A DNA stretch of 64,000 nucleotides from an uncultured delta proteobacterium (GTDB lineage: Bacteria; Desulfobacterota; Desulfomonilia; UBA1062). The notes under the pieces were generated by a model. The model had not been told where the DNA came from. It worked only from the letters and a program-made list of their open reading frames with translations, and searched no databases. Each line of letters starts with the position of its first letter. The first letter of the stretch is position 1. Below are positions 41,813 through 52,758 of this stretch, piece by piece. The translations under genes were made by a program, and so were the position numbers. The stretch spans positions 128,001 to 192,000 of the forward strand of contig CAWCTR010000008.1 of the NCBI GenBank assembly GCA_963798485.1. The letters run 5' to 3'.

Positions 41813-42472
41813 CTATCCCCCGTCATTCCCGGCCAGTCGAACCCCTAGTTCAAAGGCCTTTTCACAGTCGAGTGGAAACACTTTCTTTCGCCTCAAGGCC
41901 TTCTTCTCAGGGTCGAATCGGGGGGCAAACACCTTTGAATAATCCTCAAACTGGTAGGTGTCGTAGCTGCACAACGTCTCAGAAGACCCGAATACTCTTT
42001 CCAGGAACATCTGATTCAAGCTGATATGGTGATCGAATCCACGCTCTTTCGCCATCTCCTCTGTTGCACCCAGTGTATAGATGAAACCGGTCTTAATTTT
42101 TCTCGGAAATATAGTGTCCGGAGGGTCAGTATAGGGCGTGAAGGGGAAAACCAGGCGCTCCATGAATGATCTCATATGCCCTGTTGCTGTTCCCAAATAG
42201 ATCGGTGATCCGAAGATGACTGACTGAGCGTCCAGAACCTTCTCGAAGATGGGTGTCAGATCATCCTTTACTGCGCACCTGCCATAGCTTTTCCCGTTTT
42301 TCATCTTACAGGAAAAACAGCTTATGCATCCTTTATAATTCAGATCATACAGATGAATAAGCTCAGTCTCCGCACCCTGCGACAATGCCCCTTCCAGGGC
42401 CTTTTCCAGAAGGGTCGCCGTGTTCCATTTCTTTCTGGGGCTTCCGTTGAATGCGATAACCTTCATCCTCAA
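41813..42472 (-). CDS. Flavodoxin-family / iron-sulfur flavoprotein
   Basis: NGSPRKKWNT, GCISCFSCK...CAVKDD, GSPIY. Confidence 0.88.
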   Translation of the reverse strand: MRMKVIAFNGSPRKKWNTATLLEKALEGALSQGAETELIHLYDLNYKGCISCFSCKMKNGKSYGRCAVKDDLTPIFEKVLDAQSVIFGSPIYLGTATGHMRSFMERLVFPFTPYTDPPDTIFPRKIKTGFIYTLGATEEMAKERGFDHHISLNQMFLERVFGSSETLCSYDTYQFEDYSKVFAPRFDPEKKALRRKKVFPLDCEKAFELGVRLAGNDGG

Positions 42473-42763
42473 TCCCTCCTATGAATCTGATATATGAACA
42501 TCTTAGGTGTATTACCACCCCTTAGAGCCCTCATATTAAGAACTTGATTCATAAAAAGTAGCCCCTTGATAAATAGTTTCTTTTTAAGACGTTCATGACT
42601 TCATGATTGTTTACAGTGAGGGTTCATTCTGCGGTATACAAGAAGCTCTATCCTAGGAACTAAGGAAACCTCAACATTTATAAAATTGTAGAACCCATCT
42701 ATTTGTAACCAATGCCATAACACCATTGATTTTGAGATGACTAAATTAATTTCCAGAGGCTAG

Positions 42764-42960
42764 TCAACGGCCCACCACAAGAATGTCGAGGTATTCCGGA
42801 CCGCTATCGCTATGGCCTCCATTGGCATGGTGATTTTTGCCTGACGAAGTAGGTGCCATTTGCGAAACAGCATTTATTGATTGTATAGCTTCGGTAGTGA
42901 TAAGAATGATCTGGTTGTTCTTGGTGTCGAGCGTGCAGGTCTTTGCGCGAGGCATCGTCT
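42764..42960 (-). pseudogene. Possible YncE/YVTN beta-propeller C-terminal remnant
   Basis: TMPRAKTCTLDTKNNQIILITTE...LDILVVGR resembles the last blade of such proteins. Confidence 0.35.
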
Positions 42961-43183
42961 TTCCTTGTATTATTCCCCTCCATCCATCAACGACTATGGT
43001 AAAAAGTTGGTTATTGACTATACCGGTTATCCTGTATAGCAATAACCAATGGAAACAGACCTGATTCAGTACAGGAAACCGCTGTGGTTTTCATCCGTAA
43101 CTCTCATAGTGAAGTCAGAGATCAACGTGTGATAGTCGTCGTTACTAACCGCGAAGGGGTATCTATATAAAATAAAAGGAGAC

Positions 43184-44344
43184 TTGATAGGCATGGAAAG
43201 ATGGAACTTAGAGTCCTATGGGCGCATTGCCATCTTTGTGACCCTTGTTGCTCTTGTTTTCGTTGCCGGATGCAGCAGACATCAAGCGGAAGGGGCTGCG
43301 TCGGCAACCATCGTGGAGGTTGCGGAAGTAATAACGAAGGATTTACCTGTGTGGTCGGAATGGACCGCTTCAACTGACGGCATGGTAAACGCAACGATCC
43401 GCCCCCAAGTACAAGGCTATCTACTCGCCCAGCACTATAAGGAAGGCGACTATGTGAAAAAGGGGCAGCTACTTTTCGAGATTGACGATAGAACCTTCAT
43501 GGTTGCGCTGAAGCAGGCAAACAGTCGGGTTGTTCAGGCGAGGGTTGAGTGGGAAAATGCAAAGGCCAATCTGGCCCGTGTGAAGCCCCTTGCCGAGTAT
43601 AAGGCTGTAAGCGCAAAGGATTTGGATGAAGCCATCCGTGCCGAAGGGTCCTGTCAGGCTTCTCTTGAGGCGGCCACGGCGGCAGCGGAGAAAGCAGAAC
43701 TTGATCTCAAGTTCACGAGAATCGTCAGTCCCATCGACGGTATTGCCGGTATCGCTAAGGCGCAAGTGGGCAACCTGGTAGGGCCGGGTTCCACGGAGGA
43801 GCTTACCACCATTTCCACTGTCGATCCCATCAAGGTAAACGTACCTCTGACCGAGCAGGAGTACCTCCGAGATATGCGGAACGGCACGACCAGTAAGGCG
43901 ACACTCCAGTTAATTCTTGCAGACGGAAGCGTTCACCCTTATAAAGGCAGGTTTGCCTTTGTTGACCGGCAGGTGGATGTGGGCACCGGCACGATTAAGG
44001 TGGCAGCCCTTTTCCCCAATCCGGGGAACTTCCTCAGACCCGGCCAGTTTGCACGGGTTCGGGCGGAGACCTCCATAATGAAAAATGTTCCCCTTGTTCC
44101 TCAACGGGCGGTCATAGAGGTGCAGGGGAGCCGCGAGGTGGCTGTGGTCAATCCCGGCAACAAGATCGAAATGACCCCCATCAAAGTGGGCCCCCGCTTC
44201 GGTGATCTATGGGTCGTCGAGGAAGGGCTGAAAGCCGGACAGAAGGTTGTCGTTGAAGGAACTCAAAAGGTACATCAGGGGTCATCCGTGACGCCGCGGC
44301 CTTATCAGGCATCTCACCAGAGTCCAACAGCGCAAGGCAGCTAG
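43184..44344 (+). CDS. RND periplasmic adaptor lipoprotein (AcrA/MexA-like)
   Basis: Lipobox VAGC, IRPQVQG, SPIDG, LRPGQF. Confidence 0.9.
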   Translation: MIGMERWNLESYGRIAIFVTLVALVFVAGCSRHQAEGAASATIVEVAEVITKDLPVWSEWTASTDGMVNATIRPQVQGYLLAQHYKEGDYVKKGQLLFEIDDRTFMVALKQANSRVVQARVEWENAKANLARVKPLAEYKAVSAKDLDEAIRAEGSCQASLEAATAAAEKAELDLKFTRIVSPIDGIAGIAKAQVGNLVGPGSTEELTTISTVDPIKVNVPLTEQEYLRDMRNGTTSKATLQLILADGSVHPYKGRFAFVDRQVDVGTGTIKVAALFPNPGNFLRPGQFARVRAETSIMKNVPLVPQRAVIEVQGSREVAVVNPGNKIEMTPIKVGPRFGDLWVVEEGLKAGQKVVVEGTQKVHQGSSVTPRPYQASHQSPTAQGS

Positions 44345-44353
44345 GGGGAGATC

Positions 44354-47300
44354 ATGGCCAAGTTCTTCATTAACAGACCCATCGTCGCCATCGTCATTTC
44401 GATCATCATTGTCACCATGGGCATTATTGCTATTTTGGGCCTGCCTGTTGAACGCTACCCGAATATTGTCCCCCCTGAGATGAGGGTCGAAGCTGTTTAT
44501 ACCGGAGCCGATGCGGAAACTCTTGAGCGGTCCGTTGCGAATCCCATTGAGCAGCGGATGAGCGGCGTCGATAACATGAATTACATGTACTCCATGAACT
44601 CGTCGAGTGGCATGATGAGGCTCTATGTCAACTTCGATGTGAAGAGCAATCCGGATACGGATCAAATTCTCGCCCAGTTGCGTCAGGGAGAGGCCCAATC
44701 CCAACTTCCGGAAGACGTCCGCAACTATGGCGTGACGGTTAAGAAAGGGGGCACAACTCCCTTTCTTCTCATTGCCCTTCATTCACCGAAGGGAACCCGG
44801 GATTCGGTTTTCCTGGCCAACTACGCCAATATCAGTCTTGTCGACCAGCTACTCAGAGTGCCGGGTGTTTCTCAGGCCAATATCTTCGGAGCGGGTAACT
44901 ACGCGATCCGCATATGGGTAAAACCCGATACCCTTGCCAAACTTGGTATTACGCTACCGGAAATCGTGAGCGCCATCAAGAATCAGAATACCGTCAATCC
45001 TGCCGGCAAAATAGGGGGCGAGCCAGAGCCTCCGGGACAGGAGTTCACATACACCGTCAGGACGGAAGGGCGTCTTGTTTCGGAAGAAGAGTTCGGTTCA
45101 ATCGTTGTTCGGGCGAATACGGACGGTTCCCTGGTCCGCCTGAAGGATGTGGCCCGCATCGAACTCGGAGCACAGGACTATAGTTATAAAAGCAGGCTGA
45201 ACGGCAAATCCGCTGCGGCTATTGCCCTTTACCAGACCCCCGGCACCAATGCTCTCGAAGCCGCGGAAGGGGTGAAAAGGGTGATGAAAAATGCTAGGAC
45301 CCAATTTCCCTCCGACCTCGATTACGTCGTTTCCCTCGATACCACAAAAAGCGTTACGGAAGGGGTCAAAGAGATCGTCAAAACCCTCGTGGAAGCGATG
45401 ATCCTCGTCATCATCGTGGTCTTCATCTTTCTTCAGGGCTGGCGAGCGACTCTCATTCCCACCCTGGCCATTCCCGTCTCTCTTCTCGGCACCTTCGCCT
45501 TCTTCCCCCTTCTGGGGTTTTCCATCAATACCCTGTCCCTTTTCGGGCTCGTCCTGGCCATAGGACTCGTCGTTGACAACGCCATTATCGTGGTGGAAGC
45601 GGTGGAGAGGCATATGGAGGAAGGGCTTTCTCCAAGAGAGGCAACCATCAAAACCATGGACGAGGTATCAGGACCTATTGTGGCCATCACCCTGATCCTG
45701 ATGGTTGTCTTCGTTCCCACCATCTTCATTCCGGGCATTACGGGCAGACTTTACCAGCAGTTTGCCGTTACGATCGCCATTTCCGTACTTCTTTCCACTG
45801 TGAATGCCCTTACCTTAAGCCCCGCCCTTTCGGCCCTTATTCTGAAGCCGCGAAAGGAAGGCCGGGGCGGGCTGGGCCGTTTCTATCGCCGCTTCAATAC
45901 CCTCTTCGGAAAGGCGACTAACAGCTATGTCCATCTCTGCGGTGATCTGATCAAGAAGAGCGTTTTGAGCCTCGCGTTCATCGGCGCAGCAATCCTCATA
46001 GTCGCCCTCCTGGGCAAGACCATACCCAGCGGTTTTCTCCCCGAGGAGGATCATGGATACTTCTATATCACCGTTTCTCTTCCGGGGGCGGCTTCACTTG
46101 CGCGCACCGATGAGACCTGTAGGCAGATCGAATCGCTCCTCGCCCATACGCCGGGTGTCCAGTACTACACCACTGTTGCAGGCTTCAACATGATGGAGTC
46201 ATCGGCGATTTCTTCCAGTGGTTTTTACTTCGTCTCGCTTAAAGACTGGGGTGAGAGAAAGAAACCCGAGGAACAGATTGATCAGATTCTGGACTCTCTT
46301 AACCTCAAGCTCGCTGCTCTTCCGCAAGGGATTGCCTTTGCATTTCCACCCCCGGCCATCCCCGGCATAGGTAACGCCGGAGGCATCACCTTCATTCTCG
46401 AAGACCGGGCAGGAAAAGATATAGGTTTTCTTGCCGCCAACACGGGGAAATTTATTGAAGCAGCGCGAAAACGTCCTGAACTGGCACGTGTTACCACCTC
46501 CTTTCAGGCCGGGGTTCCTCAAATACTCGCGAAGGTGGATCGGGACAAGGTGATGAGGCAGGGCATTGATATAAGCCAGGTTTATCAGACCATGCAAGCC
46601 TTTATGGGGGGTGCCTTTATCAACTATTTTAACCGCTTCGGCCGGCAGTGGCAGGTTTACGTCCAGGCTGACAAAGACTATCGAGGGAATGCCGAAAACA
46701 TAGGCTTGTTTTCCGTTCTCAACGACAAGCGCGAAAGAGTGCCCCTCTCTTCGCTCATAAGCATCAAACCGACTTCCGGTCCTGAGACGACCATGCGCTA
46801 CAACCTGTATCGTTCCGCCCGGATTGATGCTATGGCGAAACCCGGCTACAGTTCCGCCCAGGCCATGAAGGCCCTTGAGGAGGTGTTTCATGAAACGATG
46901 CCTCGGGAAATGGGGTTCGACTATTCAGGCATGAGCTTCCAGGAGAAGAAGGCGCAAGAGGGCGTGCCTGCATGGGCAATCTTTGCCTTCTCTCTATTCT
47001 GTGTCTTTCTCCTGCTTTCCGCCCAGTATGAGAGCTGGTCTCTTCCATTGAGCGTCCTCATCACCACACCAGTAGCGGTCTTAGGCGCGCTGTGCGCCAT
47101 ATGGTTGCGCGGCCAGACAAATAATGTATACGCCCAAATAGGTATGATTGTTCTCATCGGCCTCACCGCAAAGAATGCCATCCTTATCGTAGAATTTGCA
47201 AAGAGGGCAAATGAGCGCGGCGTGCCACTGCGAGAGGCTGCCCTTGAAGGTGCCCGATTGAGGTTGAGGCCCATTTTGATGACGTCCTTTGCTTTTATCC

Positions 47301-47494
47301 TGGGTGTCGCGCCCCTCGCCATCTCAACAGGCGCAGGTGCCAGGGGCAGGCAGATTATAGGAACGATTGTCGCCGGCGGGACGATTGCCGCTTCAGTCAT
47401 TGCCATATTCCTCATCCCGGCTGCATTCTATATAGTCAGCTGGTTGTCGAAGAGCAAGAATAGTGCGGAAACTCTGGAGGACGACAATGCGTAA
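44354..47494 (+). CDS. HAE1-family RND multidrug efflux permease
   Basis: MAKFFINRPI, GLVVDNAIIVVE, AKNAILIVEFA, RLRPILMTS. Confidence 0.93.
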   Translation: MAKFFINRPIVAIVISIIIVTMGIIAILGLPVERYPNIVPPEMRVEAVYTGADAETLERSVANPIEQRMSGVDNMNYMYSMNSSSGMMRLYVNFDVKSNPDTDQILAQLRQGEAQSQLPEDVRNYGVTVKKGGTTPFLLIALHSPKGTRDSVFLANYANISLVDQLLRVPGVSQANIFGAGNYAIRIWVKPDTLAKLGITLPEIVSAIKNQNTVNPAGKIGGEPEPPGQEFTYTVRTEGRLVSEEEFGSIVVRANTDGSLVRLKDVARIELGAQDYSYKSRLNGKSAAAIALYQTPGTNALEAAEGVKRVMKNARTQFPSDLDYVVSLDTTKSVTEGVKEIVKTLVEAMILVIIVVFIFLQGWRATLIPTLAIPVSLLGTFAFFPLLGFSINTLSLFGLVLAIGLVVDNAIIVVEAVERHMEEGLSPREATIKTMDEVSGPIVAITLILMVVFVPTIFIPGITGRLYQQFAVTIAISVLLSTVNALTLSPALSALILKPRKEGRGGLGRFYRRFNTLFGKATNSYVHLCGDLIKKSVLSLAFIGAAILIVALLGKTIPSGFLPEEDHGYFYITVSLPGAASLARTDETCRQIESLLAHTPGVQYYTTVAGFNMMESSAISSSGFYFVSLKDWGERKKPEEQIDQILDSLNLKLAALPQGIAFAFPPPAIPGIGNAGGITFILEDRAGKDIGFLAANTGKFIEAARKRPELARVTTSFQAGVPQILAKVDRDKVMRQGIDISQVYQTMQAFMGGAFINYFNRFGRQWQVYVQADKDYRGNAENIGLFSVLNDKRERVPLSSLISIKPTSGPETTMRYNLYRSARIDAMAKPGYSSAQAMKALEEVFHETMPREMGFDYSGMSFQEKKAQEGVPAWAIFAFSLFCVFLLLSAQYESWSLPLSVLITTPVAVLGALCAIWLRGQTNNVYAQIGMIVLIGLTAKNAILIVEFAKRANERGVPLREAALEGARLRLRPILMTSFAFILGVAPLAISTGAGARGRQIIGTIVAGGTIAASVIAIFLIPAAFYIVSWLSKSKNSAETLEDDNA

Positions 47495-48908
47495 CAAATA
47501 TCTTCATTTATTCCTCTTTATCTTTATTGCTCTTGTTTTTGGTTGCGCAGTGGGCCCCGATTATCACCGCCCGTCCATAAATACTCCGACCACATGGCGG
47601 TTTGAAGAACTCCAGGCGAAAGCCATGGCCAATACCGCATGGTGGGAGCAGTTTGAAGACCCGGTGCTGAATGATCTGATCCTTGTTGCCCTTAAGGAAA
47701 ACAAAGACATCCTGATTGCAGCGGCGAGGATCGAGGAGTTCATAGGACGGTACAGGGTAACTCGGTCTGAGGCCTTTCCCCGGGTAGGCGGCACGGCCTC
47801 TGGATCCAAGACTCAGGTTTCAGACAACATCAATGAGTATCTGCCGTCAGTCTATGACAACCCTTATAGTGATTATCTGGTGGAAGGAAATGCGAGCTGG
47901 GAAATCGACCTTTGGGGAAAGATCAGGCGGGCAAATGAGGCAGCTCGTGCAAATCTGTTGAGCACAGAAGAGGGCAGAAGGACCGTCATCATGTCCCTTG
48001 TTTGCGCCGTTGCGAATTCTTATATCGAGTTGCGTGATCTTGACCGGGAGCTTGAAATCGCCGAGAGTACTTTGAAAAGTCGAGAGAATACGCTGAAGTT
48101 GTTCCGGCTGCGCTTCGACAAGGGGGTCATTTCCGAGCTGGAGTTGCAGCAGGTGCAACTCGAATATGAAATGGCACTGGCAACCGTTCCAGTGATTCAG
48201 AAGTTGGTCATCCAGCAGGAAAACCTTATAAGTGACCTGCTTGGCCGGAACCCTGGAACGATTGCAAGAGGAAAGGCGATCGATCAGTTTGTGCTTCCGG
48301 CTGTGCCCTCCGGGCTTCCTTCTGATTTGCTCGCACAACGGCCCGACATTCGGCAGGCCGAGCAAGATCTCATCTCGACCAATGCTCAGATAGGTGCGGC
48401 CAAGGCGGCATACTTCCCGAGTATTTCCCTGACCGGATCATACGGCGTGGAGAGCAAAGATCTGTCCGACCTTTTTAAAGGCCCAGCGCACATGTGGAGC
48501 TTAGGGGTACCTATTAACATGCCTATTTTTACTGCAGGCGCTATCGGCGGGCAGGTGAAAGCAGCCGAGGCGATACAGAAGCAATCACTCATCCGCTACC
48601 AACAAGTGATCCAGGAGGCCTTTAAGGAAGTGAACAACGCACTGGTCGATCAGAGCAAGACGAGAGAACAGCTCCAGGCTCAAAAGCAGCAGGAAGATAC
48701 GGCCCTCGCTTATGTGAGGCTTGCAAGACTTAAGTATGAGAACGGGTATGTGAGTTATCTCGAAGTGCTCGATGCTGAACGCAGCATGTTCAACGTACAG
48801 CTCGCGTATGTGCGAACGCAGGCCGATCTTTTCCGGGCTCTCGTGGACCTCTACAAGTCGATGGGAGGGGGTTGGGTGGTAAAGGCAGAGGACCTGACAA
48901 AGGAGTAG
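47487..48908 (+). CDS. NodT/OprM-family outer-membrane efflux lipoprotein
   Basis: GCAVGPDY, WEIDLWG, LPSDLLAQRPDI, LYKSMGGGW. Confidence 0.92.
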   Translation: MRNKYLHLFLFIFIALVFGCAVGPDYHRPSINTPTTWRFEELQAKAMANTAWWEQFEDPVLNDLILVALKENKDILIAAARIEEFIGRYRVTRSEAFPRVGGTASGSKTQVSDNINEYLPSVYDNPYSDYLVEGNASWEIDLWGKIRRANEAARANLLSTEEGRRTVIMSLVCAVANSYIELRDLDRELEIAESTLKSRENTLKLFRLRFDKGVISELELQQVQLEYEMALATVPVIQKLVIQQENLISDLLGRNPGTIARGKAIDQFVLPAVPSGLPSDLLAQRPDIRQAEQDLISTNAQIGAAKAAYFPSISLTGSYGVESKDLSDLFKGPAHMWSLGVPINMPIFTAGAIGGQVKAAEAIQKQSLIRYQQVIQEAFKEVNNALVDQSKTREQLQAQKQQEDTALAYVRLARLKYENGYVSYLEVLDAERSMFNVQLAYVRTQADLFRALVDLYKSMGGGWVVKAEDLTKE

Positions 48909-48929
48909 TTTGATTGCTGGGAGGATCTT

Positions 48930-49733
48930 ATGTTTTTTATTACATTTTCCAGGAAGATGGGCACAAAAGGAACTGAAATTGCGAAGCTGGTGGCAAAGGA
49001 ACTGCAGTATAACTTCTATGATACAGAAGATATCGAGAAAAAAGCCGAAGAAATGGGAATTCTTGATGACATCAGAGAGGTAAACGACAAGGCTCCGTCT
49101 TCGTTTAAGAGGTTTTTTTCATACCGGCCGGAAATATGCCTGGACCGCTTGTATGTCGTCATTTATGAAATCGCTCGCCAGGGGAACGCAGTAATTCTTG
49201 GTCGGGGAGGCAATATGCTTTTCCGGTCTATTCCACATGCGCTTCATGTCCGGGTGATCGCATCGCAGGAAAAACGTGTCCAGAATCTTGTGGAGAGGGG
49301 TTATAAGAGAGAGGCGGCCGTTACGGTCATGGAGAAGAGCGATCACGAGAGAGAAAGTTTTATCAGATTTGCCTTCCATCGGGATTGGGACAACCCTGCC
49401 CTATACGATATAGTCCTCAATATGGATAACATAGCTGTTAATGTTGCGGCTGATATGATCTTGTGCGCAGCCCATGCGAAAGAAGCTCAGGACAACTCAG
49501 GTGATGTCTTAAACTCTCTGGACATGATGGAACTTGCAGCAAGAGTAAGGGCAGCCCTCACGGAAGCCGGTTTTCCATCAAGTTACATTTACGCTTTCGT
49601 TGAGGCACCGGGAAAGGTCCGGTTAACAGGGGTTGTACAAGTTCCCTGGGAGAAATCGTCTGCTGAGCGGACTGTGATAGCAGTAAAAGGCGTTGAATCC
49701 GTGGAAAACAAGATTGAGATAGCCGGCATATAG
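48930..49733 (+). CDS. Cytidylate kinase-like protein with C-terminal BON domain
   Basis: ITFSRKMGTKG, VILGRGG, YDIVLN; GKVRLTGVV...VKGVESVENKI. Confidence 0.8.
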   Translation: MFFITFSRKMGTKGTEIAKLVAKELQYNFYDTEDIEKKAEEMGILDDIREVNDKAPSSFKRFFSYRPEICLDRLYVVIYEIARQGNAVILGRGGNMLFRSIPHALHVRVIASQEKRVQNLVERGYKREAAVTVMEKSDHERESFIRFAFHRDWDNPALYDIVLNMDNIAVNVAADMILCAAHAKEAQDNSGDVLNSLDMMELAARVRAALTEAGFPSSYIYAFVEAPGKVRLTGVVQVPWEKSSAERTVIAVKGVESVENKIEIAGI

Positions 49734-49773
49734 GATTCTATCAATCAATTTTTTAGTGACAAGGGGGACTTGC

Positions 49774-50331
49774 ATGGGAAGCCATTCAGAAAATGCAAGA
49801 GAGAGAATTATAGATGCGGCGGAACAGGTGGTTATTGGAGCAGGTGCCAGACATCTGACGCTTGATGCTGTTGCATCAAAAGCAGGCATAAGTAGGGGTG
49901 GTCTGCTCTACCATTTTCATGACAAAGAAGCTCTGCTCAGTGAGATGCTGCACAGGCGAAAGAAGCATCTAGACGAAAGCAGAAGGAAAAGGCGAGTCAA
50001 GACCCCGGCAGGGCCGGAGTGTGAGGCCGTCGTCTATATACTCTCATTGCTCGATGAGGATCACGGCATAGATAAGGATGTTTCGGCTGCCCTTGTTGCC
50101 TCGGGTGCGCATGATCCGGAACTCCTTGCGCCGGCCCGCGAAGATTTCCATCAGATTATCGCTGACCTCACTAAGGATGGGCTCAGCTTTGAGCGGGCTG
50201 CGGTTATTATGTTGGCAGCTAATGGGCTAAGACTTTGGGAAGTGCTGTCTATGTCTCCCTTCAATGCAAAAGAGCGCCGAAGAATTATCGAGGAGTTGCT
50301 GGCTCTCGCCGTAGTGGACAAAGGGGCATGA
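49774..50331 (+). CDS. TetR-family regulator
   Basis: LTLDAVASKAGISRGGLLYHFHDKEAL. Confidence 0.9.
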   Translation: MGSHSENARERIIDAAEQVVIGAGARHLTLDAVASKAGISRGGLLYHFHDKEALLSEMLHRRKKHLDESRRKRRVKTPAGPECEAVVYILSLLDEDHGIDKDVSAALVASGAHDPELLAPAREDFHQIIADLTKDGLSFERAAVIMLAANGLRLWEVLSMSPFNAKERRRIIEELLALAVVDKGA

Positions 50332-50924
50332 AGAAGGGTGAGCTCAAGCCAATAGATAACCTCGACCTTGCATCGCATAGTATCACGATCTCTATAGTGG
50401 GCTGTAATTATCTTTCAGTGTCTTATATACGACATGAACACATCCGGGAAGCGATCAGGATCTCTCAATCTTGTTACCTCAAAGTGTAGATTTCCGTAAT
50501 AAACCTCGGTCTTAAGATGCCTGGAAACCGTAGATTATGATCAGGACTATTCATATTAGCTAAAGCGATGATTATGCATTATAATCATCACGTCCATGCA
50601 TACAAACTCGACCAAGAGATTATGAAACATAATCTCTCATTGCTAATCATGTCACAAGATCGGCTACCGGAGATCTTTCTCGGGTTGCTTTTTCACGGCT
50701 GATTTATGAAATCAGGGGCTTTCCCTGGGGATTATACCATTTATAGGGCCTGGGATGATATCAGCTTGTTGGCTTTTCCTGACAGCATTGCCTTTCGCTG
50801 GACATGATGTCATCGGTTTTTAGGGCCCCGGCACACTTGATGGACTTGTCATCATCAAGGTCTTCCTTTACCACTTTTATTGTGGTGCCTTGGTGGTAAA
50901 GATGCAATGGAAACCCCGCTTGTA

Positions 50925-51803
50925 TCACACCGACCTTATCCGAGACACAATATCATGGAAGAATTCTCTTGACCATATCGACAGCGCTTCAGGGTCCTTC
51001 ACAAATGGTGACACCTCAGTTCGTGCCTTGTTGATGTCGAGCGAATCTATAGCTGCATGAAGCGCTTGGTAAAACGCTTTGCTTGTTAGTTTTTCTGTGC
51101 CATTCCAGTCACCGGTCTGCCGCATTCTCTGCTCAAGATGTGTAAGGTGAAGCTCTGGATGGTTGGTTATGTACCATACAAGGTCGTACCAGTCTCTTCC
51201 CTTAACCCGTGTCTTCCACCTCCGACACAGCACTGCATGCATCTTCCCTGCGAACAAATCCGATAATACAAGCACCCTTATGGAAAATGGAATGGGGGCC
51301 AGAATGTACTTTGTTTCGGTAGAAAAATGAGGAGGAGGGTTTGTATCGACCTCCAGTTTGATCTTAAGTAATTGTCCTTTGGGGATTTCACGGAGTATCT
51401 CTTCACCAATTTCGATAACAAGCATCTGGCTAAAGGTCTCTGCCTTGAGAAATGCGGATTGCACAGGGCGCCTAACAGCCCTGTTTTTCTGCTCAAGATG
51501 CATATCAAACCCGAATGCCTGGAGCTCTTTTTCCAGGGATGAACCGAAAGAACCGAGATCAAAATCACCCATAGGCTCTAGAAGGGTGAAGTCAAGGTCT
51601 TCCGAGAACCTGTCAAGTCCATAGAGGATTCTCAAGGCCGTTCCTCCATAGAATGCAGCCTTATCAAAAAACTTGCTCCGCCACAGACCGAGCAGGGCAA
51701 TCTCCTGGATGATCTCCCGTAAGGCCTTGATATAATCCTCAAGCCTGGTACATGGGTACTTCTGCATCATCTGAGTCACTGCTTCATGCATGGCCTGCCT
51801 CAC
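50925..51803 (-). CDS. abiEii: AbiEii/AbiGii-family nucleotidyltransferase toxin
   Basis: FYGGTALR...RFSEDLDF, GKMHA, KGRDWYD. Confidence 0.88.
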   Translation of the reverse strand: MRQAMHEAVTQMMQKYPCTRLEDYIKALREIIQEIALLGLWRSKFFDKAAFYGGTALRILYGLDRFSEDLDFTLLEPMGDFDLGSFGSSLEKELQAFGFDMHLEQKNRAVRRPVQSAFLKAETFSQMLVIEIGEEILREIPKGQLLKIKLEVDTNPPPHFSTETKYILAPIPFSIRVLVLSDLFAGKMHAVLCRRWKTRVKGRDWYDLVWYITNHPELHLTHLEQRMRQTGDWNGTEKLTSKAFYQALHAAIDSLDINKARTEVSPFVKDPEALSIWSREFFHDIVSRIRSV

Positions 51804-52447
51804 TCTCTTGTCTTTCGAATCTTTTGGAGAAGATTGCTCAGGACACGTAACTTGGATGACCGGTAACGCTCTGCAAACTCGAAGGCTTGGCCGATATCAA
51901 GCCTGCCTAAGAGATCGGGGTCGATACGAAGATTCTCAAACAGGTATTCCTCAAGCCCCTTGAGCGTTCTCATATCTGCACCACGCTCAATGAATATTTT
52001 ATCAACAAGGGCCTTTTCCGGTGTGGCGATGAGGAACGCCCCTCCATCATCCAGCTCGATTCTCGTCATACCTGGTTGGAAGGCGGGCAGGGGGATCATG
52101 CGATACGTGAACAGCCCCACAGGTGTGGTGAAGGTCCTCGACCGTCCCGTTGTAACCGATGTGAGAGATTCGACTCGTTCCGGAATCAGACCGTGATAAG
52201 ACAGGGCATATTCAAGAGAGATATACGAGGGACCATAGATAAGGTTAGCAAGAATCTCCCGCGAGTATGGCCTCTTCCTGTAATCCTGCCCAAAGATGTA
52301 CAAACCCTTCTTGACCCTGATGATCTGTTTTTTTCTCATGAGATCGGTAATCTTGTCCCTGGGGCGTGAGTATGCCTTAAGGCAGGTCATGAGCACCTGA
52401 TAGTCAAACTCCTCCCGGTTGATAGCCTTCCTGATTTGTTCAATCAT
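51800..52447 (-). CDS. abiEi: AbiEi-family antitoxin
   Basis: RVKKGLY, PSYISLEYALSYHGLIPE, IATPEKALVD; overlaps the toxin gene. Confidence 0.85.
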   Translation of the reverse strand: MIEQIRKAINREEFDYQVLMTCLKAYSRPRDKITDLMRKKQIIRVKKGLYIFGQDYRKRPYSREILANLIYGPSYISLEYALSYHGLIPERVESLTSVTTGRSRTFTTPVGLFTYRMIPLPAFQPGMTRIELDDGGAFLIATPEKALVDKIFIERGADMRTLKGLEEYLFENLRIDPDLLGRLDIGQAFEFAERYRSSKLRVLSNLLQKIRKTRE

Positions 52448-52581
52448 TGATGATATCTTTCCTCCTTCCCTCGCAGGTCATATCAGTATTGAACAAGATG
52501 CCCATTGGACTATGCTTCTCTTCCTCACATGGAGTAAGCTCTTTGTGACCTGAGAAATCTTGACCTTTTCCCCATTATCAT

Positions 52582-52626
52582 TTTCTGCATAGTATGTCGA
52601 CATTTTATCGACATACTATGCAGAAA
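52582..52626. promoter_or_regulatory. 19-bp perfect inverted repeat, putative AbiEi operator
   Basis: tttctgcatagtatgtcga-catttta-tcgacatactatgcagaaa upstream of abiEi. Confidence 0.75.
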
Positions 52627-52758
52627 TTTCAAGATGTCCCTGATTGCTATGCTGAGATCAACAGACAATTCTTAGATCCTATGGTGCTTACCTCGGAGAT
52701 TTTTTATTGTAATTATTGTTCCTAACATCGCCATTATTTGTGTAAAACGTGTGTAGCA

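Noticed and set aside
50335-50920. Possible ncRNA or MITE in the ~600-bp gap (ctttaccac...gtggtaaag hairpin)
   Set aside because: A single imperfect hairpin with no second copy and no recognisable RNA family
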